40,354 nt of DNA, from assembly GCA_027019045.1 (NCBI GenBank), contig JALUXI010000223.1, forward strand, positions 1 to 40,354. The letters run 5' to 3'. Shown here in pieces: positions 1 to 7,397 of this stretch; position 1 is the first letter of the stretch, and the number at the start of each line of letters is the position of its first letter. The notes under the pieces are model-generated. The model was not told the DNA's origin. It did no database searches and worked only from the letters and a program-made list of their open reading frames with translations. This stretch comes from Piscirickettsiaceae bacterium (GTDB lineage: Bacteria; Pseudomonadota; Gammaproteobacteria; Thiomicrospirales; Thiomicrospiraceae). A program made the translations under genes and the position numbers.

Positions 1-94
1 CCTTTCACTGAGTTTGTAGCGTGCTACATTATCAAACATTTTTAGCTATTTAAGCAGTTCAAATAGCTAAAAAAGCTCTCAAACTTTTTTACTG

Positions 95-130
95 GATAAA
101 TAGGCAGAGCAACATTATGTCACTCTGCCA
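95..130 (-). terminator. possible intrinsic terminator ending the RND/low-complexity-protein operon
   Basis: Minus-strand hairpin with stem GGCAGAG (103-109) / CTCTGCC (123-129), followed on the minus strand by TATTTAT. The T-tract is weak. Confidence 0.3.
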
Positions 131-152
131 AGGCAATCAACTTAGCTATAAA

Positions 153-665
153 TTACTTATGAGCTGGTGCTGATTGCTTAGGTGGTTGCTGAGCAGGAGG
201 CGCTGGGGGTGCAGGATAAGGTTGATAAGCCTGTCCTTGTGGCGCTGGATAGTATGGACGTGGTGGTGGCGCATAGTATGGACGAGGCGCACCATAATAA
301 CCACCATTGTAACCATTATAGCCATTGTATCCATTATAGTAGTTACCACGATAGTCGCCACGGTAATCACCTTTATAATCACCGCGATAATCAGAATCAC
401 CTTTACCTTCCATATCGGTATCAGCATCTGCACTGAAGCCCATATTGAACTTACCATGACCTTTACCGTGTCCTTTACCAGAGCCATGCCCTTCACCACG
501 GCCATTACCATTGCCGTTATAGTTTCCATAGCCATTTCCGTAGCCATTACCATAACCATTGTTATAGCCATTGCTGTTCCATGGACCATCGAACCAATCC
601 GCAGAAGCTGCTTGAGAAGCCGCCATTGCAGCAGAAACCATTGTCGCTAGTACAAGTTTCTTCAT
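153..665 (-). CDS. exported low-complexity Gly/Tyr/Asn/Pro-rich repeat protein (unknown family)
   Basis: Uses the ORF-track frame 153..716. I place the start at ATG 663-665, which has an AAGGAG SD 7 nt upstream (minus strand of 673-678). The N-terminus MKKLVLATMVSAAMAASQAASA is a Sec signal peptide. The mature part is tandem micro-repeats: NGY/GNGY, GHGSGKGHGKGHGK, GDYR/GDYK x4, NGY x4, RPYYAP x2, PAPPAPPAQQPP. Confidence 0.6.
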   Translation of the reverse strand: MKKLVLATMVSAAMAASQAASADWFDGPWNSNGYNNGYGNGYGNGYGNYNGNGNGRGEGHGSGKGHGKGHGKFNMGFSADADTDMEGKGDSDYRGDYKGDYRGDYRGNYYNGYNGYNGYNGGYYGAPRPYYAPPPRPYYPAPQGQAYQPYPAPPAPPAQQPPKQSAPAHK

Positions 666-787
666 TTTATTACTCCTTAGTTTTACAGTTAAAGCTTTAT
701 GGTCACTTGAACACATAAAGTACTTCCATTCTCAAGTTAGAGCCTTGAGGTGCTCATCAATGTCCATTTGGGACACTTGAATTCTGT

Positions 788-1270
788 TTACCATCCAAAT
801 GATGGGAAACTCATGCTTGGCATATCCATTTCAGGCATATCAAAGCTGGGCATATCCCAATTTCCCCAATCACCGCCATTTTTTCCAACAAAAGGTATTT
901 TGTCCCATGGATTACGATTATATTCTCTCCGGTTACGAGGAGGAGCATAATAACCATTGGGGTAACCATAATAACCATAAACTGGATACCCTCCTCTATA
1001 GCCATAGGCTGGAGGATAAACCCCTCTTGATCGAGAGGTAGCATATGGAGAAGGGATATTTGTATAAGGCGACCGTACCGGATTCTGTTGGTAATAACCT
1101 TTAGGCAAAGTAGGTTGTGACGACTCTACACTAGGTGATTTTAACCACTGTGGGGTGCGCTGTGTATTATGGTAAGCCTGTTCATCCTGTGGCCAAACAA
1201 CTGCTTGTGCACTACTGGCAAAAAACAGACTACTTAATACAAACATTGTTCCTTTATGAAATATTCTCAT
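788..1270 (-). CDS. exported Tyr/Pro/Gly-rich protein with Met-rich C-terminus (unknown family)
   Basis: Uses the ORF-track frame 788..1279. Two in-frame ATGs are available (1279 and 1270). The ATG at 1270 lies 1 nt after the RND TGA (1272-1274), has GAGGA 8 nt upstream, and gives the signal peptide MRIFHKGTMFVLSSLFFASSAQA. The body contains YPPAYGYRGGYPVYGYYGYPNGYYAPP. The C-terminus is DMPSFDMPEMDMPSMSFPSFGW. Confidence 0.6.
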   Translation of the reverse strand: MRIFHKGTMFVLSSLFFASSAQAVVWPQDEQAYHNTQRTPQWLKSPSVESSQPTLPKGYYQQNPVRSPYTNIPSPYATSRSRGVYPPAYGYRGGYPVYGYYGYPNGYYAPPRNRREYNRNPWDKIPFVGKNGGDWGNWDMPSFDMPEMDMPSMSFPSFGW

Positions 1271-1271
1271 T

Positions 1272-4200
1272 TCACTCATCCTCTAAATTTTTTAATCTAA
1301 TACCGCGTTTTTTCTTGCGTGAAGCTTTTTTAGGTTTCACATGTTCTTCACTATTGACTGCTGATTCATTTGATAACTGAGCCTTTTCTTTTGGGTTTAA
1401 AACACTAACCGCTTCAGCTGTTTCCTCCTGCTTTGCTTCCTCGGTTTCTACAAGTTTTTCATTCTCGTTCTTTTGCTCCAACTGTTCATCTTGAACAGTT
1501 TCTGTAATGGGGGGCTGATGAACCACACTTTTTGTTATTTGAGTTGTGGACTCAGCCGTTAACGCCTCCTCTGACGCTTCTGGTTTTTCAGGTAACGCGG
1601 AAGGTTCCGTTCCTTCTACTAAAGTGGTTTCTGGTTGCTTTTCAGTCTTAAAATACCTATCCAACCCTTTTCTATGAATGCTATGGTAAGGATCTATAAC
1701 GGTTTTAACGAAATCAATCGATTTCCTAAAGGCTGCTCTAGCCTCTTCTTTTAGGGGTTTTTCTTCAGCAACATCACATCCCGGAATAGGACGCCCTTTG
1801 CCATCCACCCCGCCTGGACAAAATGCAGCTCTAGCACTGACACAACCAAGAGGAATCACTACGAGCGTCAAAAGGGTAGCGACCAAAATACCAAAAATGA
1901 GAGAAACCGCCATCCCTTGGAAAATAGGGTCAAATAGAATCACACTAGATCCTAAAACCAATGCAATAGCGGTAATCATAATTGGGCGCGTTCTCGCCTT
2001 ACAAGCAAAAATCACCGCATCCGTTACTAGCATCCCTTTTGCAATCTCTTGACGAGAGAAGTCTACCAACAGAATTGAGTTTCGGACGATAATCCCTGCT
2101 AAGGCAATGAAGCCAATCATGGAGGTCGCTGTAAACTCTGCACCTAACAACCAATGCCCAGGCGCAATACCAATGATGGTCAGCGGAATAGGTGCCATCA
2201 CAATCAATGGAATTAAGAAATTTTTGAATTCCCAAACCACCAACATATAGATCACAAGCAGTGCCACACCGAAGGCTATTCCCATGTCACGGAAAGTTTC
2301 ATAAGTGACCGTCCACTCTCCCGCCCACTTAAATCCTTTTTCAGTCAAACCATCAGGGCGGTAAACAAAATTTCCTTTTAGCCCCTTCATTTCGGGATCT
2401 TTATCTATCAATTTTTGTATATTAAGCATGCCATAAATTGGCGCTCCCAATCGTCCTTGACCCGTTCCCACAACATACTCAACAGGCTTCAAATCCTTAT
2501 GATAAATGCGTTCCTGTTGTCTTTCTAAAACAAAACGACCTAATTCATTTAAAGGCACCGTATGACCTAATACCGAAGGTACGGGAATTTGTCCAATTCT
2601 TGCAAACTCAGGACGAATCGACTGAGGTGCATTGATCACAATATAAGTTGGCTCTCCACGCTTAAAACCCTGCTTAACATCCCCTAAAGGATACTCACCC
2701 ATCGCCATTGCCACAGTCTGGTTAATAGTTTGCACACTAATACCACTCTCCATCGCTTTCTGCTTATCGATGACAAAACGCCAAGTATCATGAGGGGCAG
2801 CCATTAAATTATCCACATCAACAACATCTGGGACTTTATCAAAAATTTCAGTCAACTTGGTCGCCAACTCTTTACGGGATTGTGCATTTGGTCCATACAC
2901 TTCAGCAACAATAGATTGAAGAACCGGTGGACCAGGTGGCATTTCAACTACTTGAATTCTTGCACCATTTGCACGAGCAATTTTATTTAAAATCGGACGA
3001 ATACTCTCAGCAATCTGATGGCTTGTACGGTCACGATCATGTTTTTCGACTAAATGTACCTGAATATCAGCATCCCATGGAAACTGACGCAAATAATAAT
3101 GACGAACCAGACCATTGAAATCGAAAGGTGCAGCTGTTCCTGCATAGCTCTCCATTTGCGTAATTTCTGGCACACTCTTTTGCAAAGCCTTCACTAATTG
3201 AAGTGTTAAATTTTGAGTGACAGTCAAATCCGTTCCTTCAGGATAATTCACAATCACACTAAAATCTGGCTTATTATCATAAGGAAGCAACTTTACGGGA
3301 ACCATTGTGCTATACACCAAGTAAACAGCAATACTAAAAGCTGCAATAATACCTATTAGAAAGCTCCATCCTTTGGTTTTTTCAACCACCAAGCTACCAA
3401 TCAATTTTCTAAAAAATCCCTCTAATTGCTCACTCTGTCTATGCTCCTTTTCTTCAGCTTTTTGTAATTGCTTCATTGTTGGTTTTAACCGTTGTGCCAA
3501 CCAAGGCGTAAAGGCAAAGGCGGCAAATAGAGAAATAATCATCGCTACCGAACCTAAAGCTGGAATCGGCGCCATATAAGGCCCCATCATCCCACTGACA
3601 AAAGCCATTGGCATCAGAGCCGCAATCACCGCCAAGGTTGCGATAATAGTCGGATTCCCTACTTCAGAGACAGCTTCAATCGTAATTTTTGAATCCGTTC
3701 TATTTGCCAATAACCATCGACGATAGATATTCTCCAAGACCACAACCGCATCATCTACTAAAATACCAATAGAGAAAATTAAAGCAAACAGTGAAACACG
3801 ATCAATTGTAAAGCCCATCATCCAGGCAGAAAACACTGTTGTTAGAATAACAATCGGAATCACAATAGCCACTACCGCTGCAGCACGCCATCCTAAAAAG
3901 AGCCAAATTAACAGTGTTACCGAACCTGTCGCAACAAACAACTTAAAAATAAGCTCATTGACCTTATCATTTGCAGACTTCCCATAATCTCGACTGATAG
4001 AAACATGGACATCATCAGGAATAAGTACACCTTTTAAACGATTCACTCGCTCAATCGCATCACGGGCAACCGTTACGCCATTAGAACCTGGCTTTTTAGC
4101 CAGTGCTACTGTAACCGCAGTCTCTCCATCCAAAGCTGTCTCTTTACCATGATAACCAGCCGCCGTATAATGTGAGACAACGCTACGAGGATCACGCCCC

Positions 4201-5039
4201 TCCTCTTTAACAGTAGCAATATCCCTCAGAAAAACAGGCGCATTATCATGAACCCCAACAATCAAGTCCATCACATCTTCTGCAGATTTTAAATAGTCCC
4301 CAGTATAGACCTTATAAAACTGTTGCCAAGCTGAGAAACTACCCGCTGGATTTTCGCTGTTAGCGGCTTGAATCGTCCTACCTACTTGAATCAATGGAAT
4401 GTTATAACTAGCCAACTTTTCAGGATCGATCTCAATTTTGACCTCTAAAGGCTCACCTCCTACAACAAAGCCTTGAGCTGCATTTTTAATTCCCCCTAAT
4501 TCTTGCAAAACATCAAATCCTAAAAGTCGTAATTGATCTGAAGCCAGTTTATTAGAAGAGAGCGTAAAAGTCACAACTGGAACATCATCCGCTCCTTTAG
4601 GCTTTACAATGGGTTGTAAAACCCCTTTGGGCATCTTATCCATATTAGAAGACAGCTTGTTATACACATTAACCAGTGACTTCTCCATATTCTCACCCAC
4701 TTTAAATTGGGCAGTTACAATGGCTTGTCCTCGTTCTGACACGGAATAGACATGGTCCATCCCCTTAATCTCTTTTAAAAGCCTTTCTAGCGGCTCTGAC
4801 ACCAAGGCTTCGACCTGTTTACTGGAAGCACCTGGGTACTGAATCATAATATCTACCATAGGAACTGAAATTTGAGGATCCTCTTGGCGAGGTGTCATCA
4901 GAATCCCCAGAATGCCAATAAAGATACCCGCAATCAATAAGAGAGGCGTTATAGGGGAATTGATATAACTTCTGGCTACCCCCCCAGCAACATCATGTTT
5001 CGATTCGTATTGAACAGTCTGCTTTGTATGTTTCTTCAT
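1272..5039 (-). CDS. RND efflux permease (AcrB/HAE1-like) with ~190-aa acidic C-terminal tail
   Basis: 1255 aa with 12-TM RND architecture and two large periplasmic loops. TM4 motif SIGILVDDAVVVLENI. After the last TM comes a tail (encoded ~1275-1844) that starts CVSARAAFCPGGVDGKGRPIPGC, becomes E/K/T-rich, and ends KKASRKKKRGIRLKNLEDE. Confidence 0.9.
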   Translation of the reverse strand: MKKHTKQTVQYESKHDVAGGVARSYINSPITPLLLIAGIFIGILGILMTPRQEDPQISVPMVDIMIQYPGASSKQVEALVSEPLERLLKEIKGMDHVYSVSERGQAIVTAQFKVGENMEKSLVNVYNKLSSNMDKMPKGVLQPIVKPKGADDVPVVTFTLSSNKLASDQLRLLGFDVLQELGGIKNAAQGFVVGGEPLEVKIEIDPEKLASYNIPLIQVGRTIQAANSENPAGSFSAWQQFYKVYTGDYLKSAEDVMDLIVGVHDNAPVFLRDIATVKEEGRDPRSVVSHYTAAGYHGKETALDGETAVTVALAKKPGSNGVTVARDAIERVNRLKGVLIPDDVHVSISRDYGKSANDKVNELIFKLFVATGSVTLLIWLFLGWRAAAVVAIVIPIVILTTVFSAWMMGFTIDRVSLFALIFSIGILVDDAVVVLENIYRRWLLANRTDSKITIEAVSEVGNPTIIATLAVIAALMPMAFVSGMMGPYMAPIPALGSVAMIISLFAAFAFTPWLAQRLKPTMKQLQKAEEKEHRQSEQLEGFFRKLIGSLVVEKTKGWSFLIGIIAAFSIAVYLVYSTMVPVKLLPYDNKPDFSVIVNYPEGTDLTVTQNLTLQLVKALQKSVPEITQMESYAGTAAPFDFNGLVRHYYLRQFPWDADIQVHLVEKHDRDRTSHQIAESIRPILNKIARANGARIQVVEMPPGPPVLQSIVAEVYGPNAQSRKELATKLTEIFDKVPDVVDVDNLMAAPHDTWRFVIDKQKAMESGISVQTINQTVAMAMGEYPLGDVKQGFKRGEPTYIVINAPQSIRPEFARIGQIPVPSVLGHTVPLNELGRFVLERQQERIYHKDLKPVEYVVGTGQGRLGAPIYGMLNIQKLIDKDPEMKGLKGNFVYRPDGLTEKGFKWAGEWTVTYETFRDMGIAFGVALLVIYMLVVWEFKNFLIPLIVMAPIPLTIIGIAPGHWLLGAEFTATSMIGFIALAGIIVRNSILLVDFSRQEIAKGMLVTDAVIFACKARTRPIMITAIALVLGSSVILFDPIFQGMAVSLIFGILVATLLTLVVIPLGCVSARAAFCPGGVDGKGRPIPGCDVAEEKPLKEEARAAFRKSIDFVKTVIDPYHSIHRKGLDRYFKTEKQPETTLVEGTEPSALPEKPEASEEALTAESTTQITKSVVHQPPITETVQDEQLEQKNENEKLVETEEAKQEETAEAVSVLNPKEKAQLSNESAVNSEEHVKPKKASRKKKRGIRLKNLEDE

Positions 5040-5091
5040 ATTAGTTTCTCTAAATTGCTTAATGGAATATTGCTCAATATCACTCTTCTTT

Positions 5092-5233
5092 GTAACTACT
5101 CAGTTAACACCGTAACTGCTCAGATTGCCCCTGAAATTCGTCAATTCAAGGCAGAAAATGTGAGTTTACAAGTCGTAAATGGCCATTTTCCAACGCAGAA
5201 GTGTCGGATTTCAGGGGTGAGCTGAGTAGTTAC
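5092..5233. mobile_element. MITE family 1, copy 1 (142 bp foldback element)
   Basis: Termini are GTAACTACTCAG (5092-5103) and CTGAGTAGTTAC (5222-5233). Internal inverted repeat CCCCTGAAAT/ATTTCAGGGG. An exact 8-bp direct repeat TCTTCTTT flanks it (5084-5091 and 5234-5241). Related copies lie at 6783 and 14660. Confidence 0.8.
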
Positions 5234-6417
5234 TCTTCTTTTTGAACTAAACGCTCCGGCAATAACTTTCCATCTTCTAGCTTCATTCCAGACACAATAT
5301 TTTCTGGCGGATTCACCACCACATGTTCACCCGCCTTCAATCCAGCTAAGACAATGTTGTATCCATTTTGTGCATACTTACCTAAGCGAACCACATTCAT
5401 ATGCACTTTTTTTGTTTGAGGATCGACAACATAAACCGCTGGTAAACTACCTAGTTTACGAATTGCTGTTTCAGGCACAACAGGAAAATGAAGATTCTGT
5501 GAAGCTGCATTTTTGACTTGCACCTCTGCATACATACCAGGGGCTGCATGTGCACCTAAAGGTAAATCAAACTTCACTTTAACCGTATGTTGCAATGCAT
5601 CCGCAATAGGAAAAACTTGCGCCACCCTAACTTGAATAGGAGGCTGATTATCGACTCTCGCCATAAATATGGCACCTTTTCGAATACCTTGCATAAGATT
5701 GACTGGGATATTCACCTCAACCGTTAAATGTTTACTTTTGGCAAAGACCAACAATGGCTTTCCTGGCATCACTACATCGCCAGCCTCAATCATTTTTTGG
5801 ACAATAATGCCATCAAAGGGTGCTCGACTCTTAGTATGGGTAAGTTGAATATCAATTTCTGCAATTCGAGCTTTAGCTCGCTCCATATTTGCAATAGCTT
5901 GCTTAACTTGTGTCATCACAGCAGCTAAATTAGCTCGATTCTCTGCATCTTTGTCCCCGATTCCAATTGTGTCAGAAAAAGGCCGAGTAAACATTTGATC
6001 CATCATGTTGGGCAAAGCCATTCCAGGCATAGGTTGCTCAGATTTAGGGCTCCACAATTCACGGTTATACTGAGCAACAGCATTTTGATAGGCTGCCATC
6101 GCACTTTGAAAGTCTGCCATCGCAGCTGCTCGTCGTGCCAACAATACCTTATCATCAGTCGATACCAGCAACTCCCCAGCTTTAAAACGATCTCCTTCTA
6201 CACCGGCCAAAAAATTAACTTCTCCACCAACCTGTGCTGAAATAGTGACTTTTTTAAACGGAATAACGGTTCCACCCAAGCTGACATATCGATCATACAC
6301 TGCCGTTCCCACTGTTTCGACCTGAACAGAGGCCTGTGCCACCTGAAACACGCCCCCCCACAAAATACTCCCGAGTGCAAAGATTTTAATTGAGCGTTGA
6401 AGAACTGGTAATTTCAT
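5230..6417 (-). CDS. RND efflux periplasmic adaptor (membrane fusion protein, HlyD family)
   Basis: 395 aa. Signal/anchor MKLPVLQRSIKIFALGSILWGGVFQVAQA. Has the coiled-coil hairpin and beta-barrel layout typical of MFPs. Lies directly upstream of the RND gene. Its TAA stop (5230-5232) sits inside the MITE terminus. Confidence 0.9.
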   Translation of the reverse strand: MKLPVLQRSIKIFALGSILWGGVFQVAQASVQVETVGTAVYDRYVSLGGTVIPFKKVTISAQVGGEVNFLAGVEGDRFKAGELLVSTDDKVLLARRAAAMADFQSAMAAYQNAVAQYNRELWSPKSEQPMPGMALPNMMDQMFTRPFSDTIGIGDKDAENRANLAAVMTQVKQAIANMERAKARIAEIDIQLTHTKSRAPFDGIIVQKMIEAGDVVMPGKPLLVFAKSKHLTVEVNIPVNLMQGIRKGAIFMARVDNQPPIQVRVAQVFPIADALQHTVKVKFDLPLGAHAAPGMYAEVQVKNAASQNLHFPVVPETAIRKLGSLPAVYVVDPQTKKVHMNVVRLGKYAQNGYNIVLAGLKAGEHVVVNPPENIVSGMKLEDGKLLPERLVQKEE

Positions 6418-6782
6418 GTAGCAATCTCCATTATTTTTAGGGACAGGTCAAACCAAAATGTCCGAAGAATTCCATGTCCTGACTACGAGAAATAAAGATA
6501 AAGCTTTTAACGCAAAAAAGATAAACAAAAAAACTTATGAGGGATAAATAAAAATTATGAGGAAGCAAGAAGGACAGAAAACAATATATAAGCAATTGAT
6601 TTTATTAGAATATAATAAAATTATTATATTATAAAATTATGTAATTGTATTTATTTATATCAACTAACCAGTAGCGTTTATATCACAAACCCCTAATATA
6701 GTGAACAATGCCTTATCCATAGCTACTCAAGTAAAAATTGGTTGAAACGATCCACAAGAATTGTCGACTACCATCTTAATTT

Positions 6783-6924
6783 GTAACTACTCAGTTGATA
6801 CTGTAACTGGTCAGATTGCCCCTGAAATTCGTCAATTCCAAGCGGAAGATATGAGTTTACAAGTCGTAAATAACTATTTTCCAACGCTGAAGTGGCGGTT
6901 TTCAAGGAGGAGCTGAGTAATTAT
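6783..6924. mobile_element. MITE family 1, copy 2 (142 bp, degenerate right end)
   Basis: Colinear with copy 1: GTAACTACTCAGTTGATACTGTAACTGGTCAGATTGCCCCTGAAATTCGTCAATTC... The right end is CTGAGTAATTAT instead of CTGAGTAGTTAC. The 8-mer CTTAATTT occurs at 6775-6782 and again at 7062-7069, beyond the adjoining family-2 element. Confidence 0.75.
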
Positions 6925-6927
6925 CTT

Positions 6928-7059
6928 GAGAGCTTTGCACGAGATGGCAACATGGATAAAAAAGGCTAAAATTCCCCGTCGTTGAAAAACTTGGCAATAG
7001 CTAGGATTCGAGAAATTTTATCTCTTTTTTCTCTCGCGTCCCACTCGTGTAAAGCTCTC
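6928..7059. mobile_element. MITE family 2, copy A (132 bp, inverted relative to copies B/C, central deletion)
   Basis: Termini are GAGAGCTTTGCACGAG... and ...CTCGTGTAAAGCTCTC. It aligns to the reverse complement of 23729-23887 and lacks about 27 bp of the central hairpin. Confidence 0.75.
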
Positions 7060-7070
7060 ACCTTAATTTT

Positions 7071-7236
7071 AGGAAGTACGGAGGTACTGATTAAATCACT
7101 TAGCTCTTGGGTAAACCAGTCCTTCAGAATAGAGACACCTTTTTGCAGGGGAAATCAATGCAGTATGGGCGGCAAATAAAACAGATGCTGGGCATTTTAT
7201 CCCTTTAGCAGTTTAATCAGCACTTCCTTAGAAAGC
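7071..7236. repeat. candidate third inverted-repeat element (weak)
   Basis: GGAGGTACTGATTAAA (7080-7095) and its near-complement TTTAATCAGCACTTCC (7212-7227) face each other about 116 bp apart. The same 16-mer, GGAAGTGCTGATTAAA, recurs at 40121-40136. Confidence 0.3.
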
Positions 7237-7274
7237 GGCTAAACATCCGCCCCCAACACAAAAATCCAAGGGAT

Positions 7275-7309
7275 AAAAAAACCCACACCCTCAATAAGAA
7301 GGTATGGGT
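7275..7309 (-). terminator. probable intrinsic terminator of sqr
   Basis: The minus-strand RNA ACCCAUACC...GGUGUGGGU (one G-U pair) is followed by a U7 run (plus-strand A-run 7275-7281). It lies about 90 nt past the sqr stop. Confidence 0.5.
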
Positions 7310-7397
7310 TGTTATCCAAACACCACCAATATAAAAGGTGGTTTATAAGACGCTTTATCTCACGAATCAACTCATTTCTGAATCTGAGAAGTCGTGA

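Noticed and set aside
146-1044. Long alternative-frame ORFs over the low-complexity genes (146..589 -, 174..650 +, 182..436 +, 799..1041 +, 811..1044 -, 750..950 +).
   Set aside because: They stay open because of the 3-nt-periodic repeat composition. They have no SD or signal peptide and translate to implausible I/V/T/M runs. The chosen frames have SD sequences, Sec signal peptides and operon coupling.
4995-5225. 76-aa plus-strand ORF between the RND and MFP genes.
   Set aside because: It lies almost entirely within MITE family 1 copy 1 and the RND 5' end. It has no SD. The equivalent region in the other MITE copies does not keep the frame.
6421-6780. Very AT-rich region upstream of the MFP-RND operon with short direct repeats (TTATGAGG at 6534 and 6555; ATAAAATTAT at 6615 and 6631) and a 25-codon ORF (6557..6634).
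   Set aside because: Repeats of 8-10 nt at this spacing are expected by chance in sequence that is about 80% AT, and the mini-ORF lacks a convincing SD. The region is probably just promoter or curved DNA. It is worth revisiting only with transcription start site data.
6982-7179. 65-aa plus-strand ORF.
   Set aside because: It starts inside MITE family 2 copy A and runs through repeat-derived sequence, with no ribosome-binding site.
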